From assembly GCF_009914755.1 (NCBI RefSeq), contig NC_060948.1: a stretch of 64,000 nt of DNA. One strand, written 5' to 3'. The stretch is from the human T2T-CHM13v2.0 reference genome, Homo sapiens. The notes under the pieces were generated by a model that searched no databases, was not told the DNA's origin, and saw only the letters and a list, made by a program, of their open reading frames with translations. Shown here piece by piece: positions 48,201 to 63,300 of the stretch (positions are counted from its first letter, which is position 1; each line of letters begins with the position of its first letter). The translations under genes were made by a program, and so were the position numbers.

Positions 48201-48590
48201 TCCACGCCACTGCATTCCACTCCACACCACTGCATTCCACTCCACTCCACTCCATTCCATTCCACTCCACTCCATTCCATTCCATTCCAGTCCAGACCAT
48301 TCCACTCCATTCCACTAAATTCCACCCCACTTTATGCCATTCCATTCCACTGCAATCCATTGCACTCCTCTCCACTACTCTCCACTCCTCTGCACTCCAT
48401 TCCACTCCATTCCACTCCACTTCTTTCAACTCCACTCATCTCCATTCCAATTCATTCCATTCCATTCCACTGCACTACATTCCACTGAATTCCACTCCAC
48501 TCCACTCCTCCTTTTCATTCCATTCCATTCCATTGCATTCCATTCCATTCCATTCCATTCCATTCCATTCCATTCCATTCCATTCCATTC
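42204..48590. repeat. Divergent satellite III layer, (CATTC)n/(CACTC)n with about 16 interspersed Alu 3'-end fragments
   Basis: Pentamer runs punctuated every ~190-590 bp by 'tttc(g)acaggatctcactctgtcacccaggctggagtgcagtggcacaatctcagctcac'. Confidence 0.95.
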
Positions 48591-51500
48591 CGCTCAGGTT
48601 GATTCAATTGCATTCTATTGCATTCTATTCTATTGCATTCAATTCCATTCCATTGCATTGCATTCCCCTCCCATTCATTCAATTAGAGTCTATTCCATTC
48701 CATTCCTTTCCATTCCATTCCATTCCAATGTGGTTGATTCAATTCCACTCTCTTCCATTCCATTCCATTTCATTCCATTCCATTCCATTCCATTCCATTC
48801 CATTCCATTCCATTCCATTCCATTCCATTCCACTCGGGTTCACTCAATTCCATTCTATTCCAATCCATTCCATTCCATTCCATTCCATTCCATTCCATTC
48901 CATTCCATTCCATTCCATTCCATTCAGTTTGATTCCATTTCATTCCATTCCTTTCCTTTCCATTGCATTCCATTCCATTCCATTCCATTCCATTCCATTC
49001 CATTCCATTCCATTCCATTCCATTCCATTCCATTCCACTCGGGTTGATTCCATTCCTTTCCTATCCATTCTATTTCATGCCATTCCACTCGGGTTGATTC
49101 AATTCCATTGTATTCCATTCCATTCCATTCCATTCCATTCCATTCCATTCCATTCCATTCCATTCCATTCCACTCGGTTTCATTCAATTCCTTTCCATTT
49201 GTTCCATTCAATTCTGTTCAATTCAATTCCATTCCATTCCTTTCCACTCGGAGTGATTCAATTCCATTCTATTCCTTTTAATTCCATTCCATTCCATTCC
49301 ATTCCATTCCATTCCATTCCATTCCATTCCATTCCATTCCATTCCATTCTATTCCATTCCATTCCATTCCATTCCTTTCCACTCTGGTTTATTCAATTCC
49401 ATTCTATGAAATTCCATTCCATTCCATTCCATTATATTCCATTTCCTTCCATTCCAATCCATACCACTATTGTTGATTCAATTCCATTCTATTCCATTCC
49501 ATTCCACTCCATTCCATTCCATTCCATTCCATTCCATTCCATTCCATTCCATTCCATTCCATTCCAATCCATTCCATTCCATTCCACTCCACTTGTTGAT
49601 TCAATTCCATTCTTTTCCATTCCATTGAATTCCATTAAATTGCATTCCACTCCATTGCATTCCATTCCACTCCACTCGGGTAGATTCAATTCCATTGCAT
49701 TCCATTGCATTGCATTCCATTCCTTTCCATTCCATTCCATTCCATTCTATTCCATTCCATTCTACTCTTTTTCCTTTCCATTCCTTTCCATAGCATTCCA
49801 TTCCATTCCATTCTATTCCATTCCATTCTATTCCACTTGTGTTGATTCAAATCCATTCCATTCCATGGCAATCCATTCCATTCCATTCCTTTCCTTTCCA
49901 TTCCATTCCATTCCATTCCATTCCATTCCATTCCATTCCATTCCATTCCATTCCGCTCGAGGTGATTCAATTAAATTCTTTTCCATTCTATTCTATTCCG
50001 TTCAATTCCATTCCATTGCATTCCATTCCCCTCCCGTTCATTCAAGTAGAGTCCATTCCATTCCATTCCATTCCATTCCACTGTGGTTGATTCAATTCCA
50101 CTCTATTCCATTCCATTGCATTCCATTCCAATCGGTGTGATTGAATTCCACTCTATTCCATTCCTTTCCCTTCCATTCAATTTCATGCGATTACACTCGG
50201 GTTGATTCCATTCCATTCCATTCCATTCCTTTCCATTCCATTCCGTTCCGTTCCATTCCATTCCACTCGGTTTCATTCAATTCCTTTCTATTTCTTTCCA
50301 TTCCATTCTGTTCAATTCCATTCCATTCCATTCCTTTCCACTCTGGTTTATTCAATTCTATTCTATGAAATTCCATTCCATTCCTTTCCATTATATTCCA
50401 TTATATTCCATTTCTTTCCATTCCATTCCATTCCACTCTTGTTGAATAAATTGCACTCTATTCCATTCCATTCTACTCCATTCCGTTCCATTCCATTCCA
50501 TTCTATTCCATTCTATTCCATTCCATTCCATTCCATTCCATTCCATTCTATTCTATTCCATTCCATTCCATTCCATTCCACTCCACTTGTTGATTCAATT
50601 CCTTTCTTTTCCATGTCATTGAATTCCATTAAATTGCATTCCATTCCTTTGCATTCCATTGCGTTCCATTCCACTCCACTCGGGTAGATTCACTTCCATT
50701 GTATTCCATTCCATTCCATTCCATTGCATTCCATTCCATTCCATTCCATTCCATTCCATTCCATTCCATTCCATTCCACCCTGTTTGTTTCCTTTCCATT
50801 CCATTCCATTCCATTCCATTCCATTCCATTCCACTCCACTCTGTTGCATTCCATTCCATTTCACTCAGGTTGTTTCAATTCTATTCTATTCCATTTCATT
50901 CCTTTCCATTCCATTCCATTCCATTCCACTCGTGTTGATTTAATTCCATTAAATTGCATTTCATTCCATTTTATTCCCTTCCATTCCATTCTATTCCAAT
51001 CCCTTCCATTCACTGGGGATGATTCAATTCCATTCTTTTCCATTCCATTCCGTTCCATTCCGTTCCATTCCACTCCATTCCATTCCGTTCCATTCCATTC
51101 CATTCCATTCCACTCCATTCCATTCCATTCTACTCCACTCGGGTTGATTCAATTCCATTACATTCCATGGCATTCCATTCCATTCCATTCCGTTCCAATC
51201 CATTCCACTCTGGTTGATTCAATTCCACTCTATTCCATTCCATTCCATTCCATTCCATTCCATTCCATTCCACTCCATTCCATTCCATTCTACTCCACTC
51301 GGGTTGATTCAATTCCATTACATTCCATGGCATTCCATTCCATTCCATTCCGTTCCAATCCATTCCACTCTGGTTGATTCAATGCCACTCTATTCCATTC
51401 CATTCCATTCCATTCCATTCCATTCCATTCCATTCCATTCCACTCAAGTTGATTCAAGTCCATTCTATTCCATTCCATTCCGTTCCATTCCATTCCATTC

Positions 51501-54500
51501 CATTCCATTCCATTCCATTCCATTCCACTGGGTTTGAGTCAATACCATTCTATTCCATTCAATTTCATTCCATTCCATTCCATTCCATTCCATTCCATTC
51601 CATTCCATTCCATTCCACTCCACTCAAGTTGATTCAAGTCCATTCTATTCCATTCCATTCCATTACATTTCATTACATTCGTGTTGATTCCATTCCATTC
51701 CATTCCATTCCATTCCATTCCATTCCATTCCATTCCATTCCATTCCATTCCATTCCATTCTATTCCATTCCTATCCATTCCATTCCATTCCCTTCCATTC
51801 CATAACCCTCGGGTTGATTCAATTCCATGCTACTCCATTGCATTCCACCCCAATCCATTCCATTCCATTCCAAAATCCTCGGGTTGATTCAATTCCATTC
51901 TATTCCATTGCATTGCATTCCATTCCATTCCATTCCTTTCACTTCCATTCCACTCGGGTTGATTCAAATCCGTTCTATTCCATTCCATTCCATTCCATTC
52001 CATTCCATTCCATTCCATTCCATCCCATTCCATCCCTTTCCATTCCATTCCCTTCCACTCGGTTGATTCCATTCCATTCCATTTCATACCATTCCACTCC
52101 ACTGCATTCCATTCCATTCCATTCCATTCCACTCAGTTGATTCCATTCCTCTCCTTTCCATTCCTTGTCAGTTCATTCAATTCCATGACATTCAATTCCA
52201 CTCGGGTTGATTCCATTCCATTGCATTCTATTCCTTTCCATTCCATTTCATTACATTCTGTTGCATTCCACTCCTGTTGATTCCATTCCATTCCATTCCA
52301 TTCCATTCCATTCTATTCCATTCCATTCCATTCCACTTGGGTTGATTCCATTCAATTCCATTCCATTCCCGTCCTTTCCATTCCCCTTGGGTTGATTACA
52401 TTCCCTTCCATTCCATTCAATTCCCCTCGGGTTGTTTCCATTCCATTCCGTTCCATTCCATTGCATTCCATTTTATTCCTTTCCACTCGGATTGACTCTA
52501 TTACATTCCATTCCATTCTATTCCATTCCATTCCATTCCATTCCATTCCATTCCATTGCCTTCCATTCCACATAGTTTGATTCAATTACATTCTATATCA
52601 TTGCTTTCCATTCCATTCCATTTCACTCCACTCCACTCTCATCCATTCCATGCCATTCCTGTTGATTCCGTTCCATTTAATGCCATTCCATTTAATTCCA
52701 TTCTATTCCATACCATTCCACTCCGGTTGATTCCATTCCATTCCATTCCTTTCCATTCCATTCAATTCCACTCGGGTTCAATACATTCCATTCCATTCCA
52801 TTCTTTTCCTTTCCATTCCATTCCATTCAAATCGTGTTGATTCCATTCCATTCCATTCCCTTCCATTCCGTTCAATTCCATTCCTCTCGGGTTTATTTCA
52901 TTCCATAGAATTCATCTCAATTAAATTCCATTCCATTCCATTCCATTCCATTGCACGCGGGTTGATTCCGTTTCATTCCTTTCGATTTGATTCCATTCTA
53001 TTCCCCTCGTTTTGATTCCATTACATTCTATTCCATTCCATTCCATTCCATTCCATTCCATTCCATTCCATTCCATTCCATTCCACTCGAATTGTTTCCA
53101 TTCCTTTCGATTCCATTCCATTTCATTCCATTCCATTCCATTCCATTGCATTCCATTCCATTCCATACCATTCTATGCCAATTGGTTTGATGCCATCCGA
53201 TTCCATTCCATTCCATTCTATTCCATTCCATTCCATTCCATTCCATTCCTTTCTTTTCCACTCGGGTTTACTCTATTCCATTTCATTACATTCCATTACA
53301 TTAAATTCCATTCCATTCCATTCCTCTCGGTTGATTCCACTCCATTCCAATCCATTCCATTCCAATCCATTCCAATCCATTCCACTCCATTCCACTAGTG
53401 TTGATTCCATTCCATTCCATTCCATTCCATTCCATTCCATTCCATTCCATTCCATTCCATTCCACTCGGATTGATTCCATTCCATTCCATTCCTTTCCAT
53501 TCCATTCCACTCTTGTTGATGCCATCCAATTCCATTACATTACATTACATTCCCTTCCATTCCATTCCATTCTAGTAAATTCCGGTTTATTCCATTCCAT
53601 TCCATTCCATTCCATTCCATTCCATTCAATTCAATTCCACTCCACTCCACTCCACTCCACTCCGTTCCGTTCCGTTCCGTTCCGTTCCGTTCCGTTCCAT
53701 TCCATTCCATTCCATTCCATTCCACTGTGGTTAATTCCATTCCTTTCAATTCCATTCCATTGCATTCCATTCCATTCCATTCCATTCCATTCCATTCCAT
53801 TCCATTCCAGTAAATTCCGGTTTATTCCATTCCATTCCATTCCATTCCGTTCCATTCCATTCCATTCCATTCAATTCCACTGTGGTTGATTCCATTCCTT
53901 TCAATTCCATTCCTTTCCATTCCCTTCCTTTCCATTTCATTCCTCTCTTGTTGATTTTTTTCCATTCCATTCATCTCCATTAGTTTCCATTCCATTCCAT
54001 TGCATTCCCTTCCCTTCCTTTCCATTCCGTTTCATTCCCCTAGTTTTGATTCCATTCCATTCCATTCCATTCCATTCCTTTCCATTCCATTCCATTCCAT
54101 TCCCTTCCATTCCATTCCACTCGGAATGATTCCATTCCATTCCATTCCATTCCATTCCATTACATTACATTTCATTCCGTTCCTTTCTATTCCATTCCAT
54201 AACATTCCATTCCAGTCTTGTTGATGCCATCCGATTCCATTCCATTCCATTACATTCCCTTCCCTTCCATTCCATTTCATTCCAGTAAATTCCGGTTTAT
54301 TCCATTCCATTCCATTCTGTTCCATTCCATTCCATTCCATTCCATTCCATTCCATTCCATTCCACTCCACTCCACTCCACTCCACTCCATTCCACTCCAT
54401 TCCATTCCATTCCATTCCATTCCATTCCATTCCATTATATTCCATTCCATTCCTGTTGATTCCATTCCATTGCATTCCATTACACTCGGATTGATTCCTT

Positions 54501-55440
54501 TCCATTCCATGCCATTCCATTCCATTCCATTCCCCTCGTGTTGATTCCATTCGATTCCTTTCTATTCCATTCCACTCGGATTTATTCCTTCCCATTCCAT
54601 TCCATTCCGTTCCATTCCATTCCATTCCATTCCATTGTGTTCCATTTCTTTCCATTGCATTCCATTCCATTCCAGTCGGGTTGATTCTATCCCGTTCCAT
54701 TCCGTTCCGTTCCATTCCATTCCATTCCATTCCATTCCATTCCATTACATTCCATTTCTTTCCATTGCATTCCATTCCGTTCCAGTCGGGTTGATTCCAT
54801 TCCATTCCATTCCATTCCATTCCATTCCATTCCATTCCATTCCAATCCATTGCATTCCATTCCGTTCCATTCTATTCCGTTGCATTCCAACTGACTCAAT
54901 TCCATTCTATTCCATTCCATTCCGTTCCATTCCATTCCATTCCATTCCATTCCATTCCATTCCATTCCACTCCACTGCACTCCATTCCATTCCATTGCAT
55001 TCCATTCCATTCCATTCCATTCCATTATATTCCATTCCATTCCTGTTGATTCCATTCCTTTGCATTCCATTACACTCGGATTATTCCATTCCATTCCATG
55101 CCATTCCATTCCATTCCCCTCGTGTTGATTCCATTCGATTCCTTTCTATTCCATTCCACTCGGGTTGATTCCTTCCCATTCCGTTCCGTTCCATTCCATT
55201 CCATTCCATTCCATTCCATTCCATTCCATTCCATTCCATTCCATTCGATTCCATTCCATTGCGTTCCATTTCTTTCCATTGCATTCCATTCCATTCCAGT
55301 CGGGTTGATTCTATCTCATTCCATTCCATTCCGTTCCATTCCATTCCATTCCGTTCCATTTCTTTCCTTTGCATTCCATTCCGTTCCAGTCGGGTTGATT
55401 CCATTCCATTCCATTCCATTCCATTCCATTCCATTCCTTT
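48591..55440. repeat. Classical satellite III, (CATTC)n with CACTCGGGTTG (CAACCCGAGT) interruptions
   Basis: Long pure CATTC runs with recurring 'ccactcgggttgattc' motifs; no Alu fragments. Confidence 0.96.
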
Positions 55441-57470
55441 CTGTATATGTCCACGGATATCCCTGTATAAAACCTGGGTGATCAGTGCAGTGATATGTCA
55501 CAATGCCATTTAGCCATGGCGTACAGTATAGTTACATCACCTGGGAGATCATTGTAGAGATATGTCACAATGTCCCCAGTAGGCAGAGACCAGACAATAT
55601 TTGGATCTCCTTGGGATCAGTGCAGAGATATGTCTCAATACCCCTGTGGGCATAGCATAGATTAGTGTTACATCACCTCGGTTAACATTGCAGAGATATG
55701 TCTAAATGCCCCTGTAGGCACAACCTACACAACTGTTACATCACTTAGGTGATCACTGCAGAGATATGTCACATTGCCCCCTGTAAGCAGAGCCTAGACA
55801 AGAGTTACATCATCTGGGTGATCAGGGCAGAGATATGTGACAAGGCCCCTTTAAGCAGACCCTCGACAATAGTTACATCACCTGAGTGATCACTGCAGAG
55901 ATCTGTCACAAGGCCCCTTTAGGCAGAGCTTAGACCAGAGTTACATCACCTGGATGATCATTGCAGAGATATGTCACAATGTCCCCATAGGCAAATCCAA
56001 GACAAGCGTTCGTCACCTGGGTGATCATTGCAGAAATATGTGACAATGCCCTCAGGAGGCGGAGCCTACAGAAGAGTCCAATCACCTGCGTGATCAGTGC
56101 AGAGATATTTCACAATGCCCCTGCAGGCAGAGTGTAAGCAAGAGTTACATCACCTAGATGATCAGTGCAGAGATATGTCACAAGGCCCCCTATACGCAGA
56201 GTCGGACAAGAGTTACATCACCTCAGTGATCAATGCAGTGATATGTCACTATGCCCCGTAGGCAGAGCCTAGTCAAGCGTTACATCACCTGGGTGATTAC
56301 TGCAGAGATATGTCACAAAGTCCCCATACACAGAGCCTAGACAAGAGTCCCATCACCTGGGTGATCAGTGCAGAAATATGTCACAATGCCCCTATAGGCC
56401 GATCGAAGACAAGAGTCCTTCACCTGGGTGATCAGTGCAGAAATATGTCACAATGCCCCCTTAGGCAGAGCCTAGATAAAAGCCCCATCACCTGGATGAT
56501 CAGTGCAGAGTTATGTCACAAATTCCCTTTAGGCAGATCCTAGAGAAAGGTTACATCACTTGGATGATCAGTGCAGAGATATGTCACTATGCTACAGTAG
56601 GCAGAGCCTAGACTAGAGTTACATGACCTCGGTGATCAGTGCAGAGATACATCGCAATGTCCCTGTAGGCAGAGCCTTGACAAGTGGTACATCACCTGGG
56701 TGATCATTGCAGGGATATGTCACAAAGCACCCTGTAGGCAGATCCTAGAAAAGAGTTACATCACCTGGGTGATCAGTGCAGAGATATGTCACAATGCCAC
56801 TATAGGTAGAGCCTAGAAAAGATTTACATGACCTAGGTGATCAGTGCAGAGATACATCGCAATGCCCCTGTAGGCAGGGCCTTGACAAGTGGTATATCAC
56901 CTGGGTGATCATTGCAGGGATATGTCACAAAGCACCCAGTAGGCAGATCCTAGAGAAGAGTTATATCACCTGGGTGATCAGTGCAGAGATATGTCACAAG
57001 CCCACTTTAGGCAGAGCCTAGACAAGAGTTACATCTCCTCGGTGATCAATGCAGTGATATGTCACTATGCCCCGTAGGCAGAGCCTAGTCAAGCGTTCCA
57101 TCACCTCGGTGATCAGTGCAGACATATGTCACAAAGCCCCCATTCACAAAGCCTAGACAAGCGTCCCATCACCTGAGTGATCAATGCAGAGATATGTCAC
57201 AAAGCCCCCATACACAGAGCCTAGAGAAGAGTCCCATCACTTGGGTGATCAGTGCAGAAATATGTCAAAATGCCCCCATAGGCAGATCCTACACAAGAGT
57301 TACATCACCTGGGTGATCTGCGTAGAGATATGTCACAATGCCCCCATAGGCAGAGCGTAGACAAAAGTCCCATCACCTGGCTGATCAGTGCAGAGTTATG
57401 TCACAAAGCCCCTGTAGGCAGAGCGTAGACAAGAGTTACATCACTTTGTTGATCAGTTCAGAGATGTGTC
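55441..57470. repeat. Beta satellite (68-bp Sau3A/BSR) array
   Basis: Tandem 'gatcagtgcagagatatgtcacaatgcccctgtaggcagagcctagacaagagttacatcacctgggt' monomers. Confidence 0.96.
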
Positions 57471-57761
57471 CTGCTGACTGTTTCCTCCCGGAGCTCTGCG
57501 GGCACCCAGAAACATGCAGGGAAGGGTGGAAGTCTGGCATGGTGCCCTCGCTCTCCTTGCCAGTTTCCAAACCGGCCACACTGCAGACTCCCCATGTTGC
57601 GGCACACGGGAATCCATCGTCTGGTCATCACGCCGGGGTGGCATCTTCTCTCTGGGTTCTCGCTCTTGTCTCCTACTTGGAAATGAACGAGAGCCACACG
57701 CCTGCGTGTGTGAGACTGTCCTGGCAACAGCGACACCCACAGGCACTGCCTCCTTCACTGA

Positions 57762-59531
<1,770 letters not shown>

Positions 59532-60115
59532 CACGCGGGATTGGGACGGGGTCGGGTCGGGGCAGGGTGGTGGCCTCTCTTTCGCGGGGAAAACCTGGCT
59601 GGCTATGGAGGGGTGTGTCTTCCCCCCCCTCCACTGGGCTGACCGGCCTGGGATTCCTGCCTTCTAGGTATAGGCCCGGTGAGAGACTCCACACAGCGGA
59701 GATCTGCCATTCTTTCCTGGGCATCCCGGGGATCCCAGAGCCGGCCCAGGTACCAGCAGGTGGGCCACAGACTGTGCACGCGCCGGTTAGCGGGCAGCCA
59801 CGTGGGCTGTGGGAGCAGCCCGGGAAGAGCTCTCATGCCTTTCCACCCCCACAACCCCGCCTGACCAACGCCTCCCCACCCCCACCCACCAGCCCCGGAA
59901 AGTGCATCCTCCCCTGGGATGGGTGGAAATCCCCATCCCACGAAACACCGGCCCGCACAGCTCCAGGCCTGACACCCCTCTGGCAGCTCGCATCCTCTGG
60001 GCCTCTGCGCCACCGTCGCCCAGCCGCCGGTACCCTGCAGCATCCCAGCTGCCACCATGGAGCACTTGGCGGTGGAACACAGACCTCTAGCTCTCCTTGC
60101 CGGCCTCCTGGCTAG

Positions 60116-60315
60116 ACCTGCGCTCATTGCGCACTCCGGCTGACGTGCAAGGGAGCCCGCTGGCCTCTCTGTGCCCTTTTCTGTCCCTGAAATTCCTGTT
60201 GAGGCTCTCCCAACACCTTCCGACGCTCGTTAGTCAAAGCCTGGAGAATAGTTACATATCCTGGATGAGCAGTTCAGAAATATGGCACAATGTCCCCTCC
60301 CTGTGGAGCCTAGAG
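60116..60315 (+). other. pLAM/DUX4 exon-3-like segment without the ATTAAA poly(A) signal
   Basis: 'ctag|acctgcgc...ccggctgacgtgcaagggagcccgctggcctctctgtgccc...caccttccgacgct...gttacatatcctggatga.cagttcaga.atatGGCACAatg.cccctccctgtgga'. Confidence 0.85.
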
Positions 60316-63300
60316 AAGATTTGCATCATTTGCGTGATCAGTGCAGAGATATATCACAATGTCCCCTGTACAAGAAGCCTGGAAATGATTTACATCACCT
60401 CGGTGATCAGTGCATAGGTATGTCAGAAATCCCCAGTAGGCTGAACTTAGACAAGGGTTACATCACTTAGGTGATCAGTGTAGAGATAAGTCATAAATCC
60501 TCCTGTAAGCAGAGTGTAGAAAAATGTTTCCTCCCTCGGGTGATCAGCGCAGAGATATGTCACAAAGCCCCTATAAGCAGAACCTTGACATGGGTTACAT
60601 CACCTGTTTGATCAGTGGAAATATATATCACAAAGCCTCCTGTAGGCAAAGCCCAGACAATTGTTACATCACCTGGGTGAGCAGTGGAGAGATCTGTCAC
60701 AATGCCCCTGTAGGCAGAGCTTAGACAAGGGTTACATCACCTGGGTGATCAGTGCAGAGATATGTCAAAACGCTCCTGTAGGCTGAACCTAGACAGGAGT
60801 TACATCACCCAGGTGGTCAGTGCAGAGACATGTGAGAATTCCCATGTAGGCAGAGCCTAGACAAGTGTAATATCACCTAGGTTATCAGTGCAGGTATAAG
60901 TCATACAGCCTCCTGTAGGCAGAGAGTAGACAAGAGTTCCCTCCCCAGGGTGATCAGTGCAGAGATGTGTCACAAAACCCCTGTAGGCAGAGCTTAGACA
61001 AGAGTTTCATCACTTGGTTGATCAGTTCAGAGATGTGTCACAATGTCCATGTAGGCAGATCTAAGACAACAGTCCATCACCTGGGTGATCAGTGCAGAGA
61101 TATGTACCAATGACCCAAGTAGGCAGTGCCTAGACAAGAGTTGCATCACCTCAGAGATCAGTGCTTAGATATGTCAGAAAGCCTTCTGTAGGCAAAGCCC
61201 ATACAAGGCTTACATCACCTAGGAGATCAGTGTAGTGGTATGTCACAAAAATCCCTGTAGACAGAGCCTAGACAAGAGTTACATCACCTGGGTGATCATT
61301 GCAGCTATTTGACACAATGCCCCCATAGACAGAGCCTAGACAAGACTTCCATCACCTGGGTGATCAGTGCAGAGAAATGTCACAAATCCCCCTCTAGGCA
61401 GAGTATAGAGAAGATTCCTATCACCTGGGTGATCAGTGCCGAGATATTTCAAAATGCCTCCTGTAGGCAGAGAGTGGATAAGAGTTACATAACATATGTG
61501 ATCTGTGCAGAGCTATGTGAAAACGCCCCTGTAGGCAGAGCCTAGAAAAATGTTACATCACCTGGTTGATCAGTGCAGAGATACGTCACAATACACCCTG
61601 TAGGTGGAGCCTAGACAAGAGTTACATCACCTGGGTGATCAGTACAGACATATGTCACAGAGCACCTGTAGGCAGAGCCTAAACAAGTGTTACATCTCCT
61701 GGGTGATCAGTGCAGAAATATGTCACAAAGCCCCTGTAGGCCGAGCCTAGACAAAAGTTACATCTCCTGGGTGATCAGTGCAAATATATGTCACAATGCC
61801 CCCATAGACAAATCGCAGAAAATTGTTACATCACCTGGGTGATCAGTGGAGATATCTGTCACAATTCCCATTTAGGCGCAGCTTAGACAAGCTTTACATC
61901 CCATGAGTGATCAGTGCAGAGATATGTAACTATGCCCCCATAGGCAGATCCAAGACAAGAGTCCATCACCTGGTTGATCAGTGCAGAAATATGCCACAAT
62001 GCCACCAGTAGGCAGATATAGACAAGAGTTACATCACCTGCGTGATCACTGCAGAGATATGTCACAATGCCCCTGTAGGCAGAGCCTAGACAAGAGTCCC
62101 ATCACCTGGGTGATCAGTGCAGAGTTATGTCAAAATGCCCCCTTTTGGCAGAGGCTAGACAAGGGTTACATCACCTGGGTGATCAGTGCAGAGATGTGTC
62201 ACAAGCCCCCTGTACCCAGAGCCTAGACAAGAGTTACATCAGGTGTGTGATCAGTGCAGTGACATGTCACAATGTCTCTGTAGCCATATCCTTGAGAATA
62301 GTGACATCACCTGGGTGATCGGTGCGGAGATATGTCACAATGCCTCCAGTATGCAGAGCGTAGACAAGAGTTACATCACCTGGGTGATCAGAGCAGAGAT
62401 ATGTCACAATGCCCCCGGTAAGCAGATCCCAGACAAGAGTTGCATCACCTCGGTGATCAGTGCACAGATATGTCTCAATGCCCCCTGTCGACAAAGCCTA
62501 TACAAGAGTTACATCATCTCGGTGATCAGTGCAGTGCTATGTGAAAATGCCCCTGTAGGCAGAGCCTAGACAAGAGTTACATCACCTGGGTGATCAGTGA
62601 AGAGATATGTCATAAATCCCACTGTAGGCAAAGCCTAGACAAGTTTTACATCACATCAGCGGTCAGTGCAAAGATATGTCCCAATGTTCCTCTAGGCAGA
62701 GCTTATACAATAGTCACATCTCCTGGGTTATCAGGGCAGTGATAAATCACAATGCCCCCATAGGCAGAGCCTAGACAAGAGTTACATAACCCGGGTGATC
62801 CGTGCAGAGTAATGTCACAATGCCCTCTGTAGGCAGAGCCTAGAAAAGAGTTACATCACCTGGGTGATCCGTGCAGAGATATCTCACAATACACCCTGTA
62901 AGCAGAGCCTAGAAAAGAGTTACATCACCTGGGTGATCAGTGCAGAGATATGTCATAAACCCCACTGTAGGCAAAGCCTAGACAAATTTTACATCACCTA
63001 AGTGATCAGTGCAGAGATATGTCCCAATGTCCCTCTAGGCAGAGCTTAGACCAGAGTCACAACTCCTAGGTGATCAGTGTAGAGATAAGTCACAATGCCC
63101 CCATAGGCAGAGCCTAGACAAGAGTTAAATAACCAGGGTGATCCGTGCAGAGTGATGTCAAAACGTCCCTTGTAGGCAGAGAAGAGAAAAGAGTTACATC
63201 ACCTGGGTGATCAGTGCAGAGATATGTCACAATGCCTCCTGTAGGCAGAGCATAGAGAAGAGTTGCATCACCTTGGTGATCAGTGAAGAGATATGTCACA

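Noticed and set aside
42153-55513. Very long ORFs (up to 684 aa; IPFHS and MEWNG repeats)
   Set aside because: Translation artefacts: (CATTC)n and (GAATG)n contain no stop codon in any frame.
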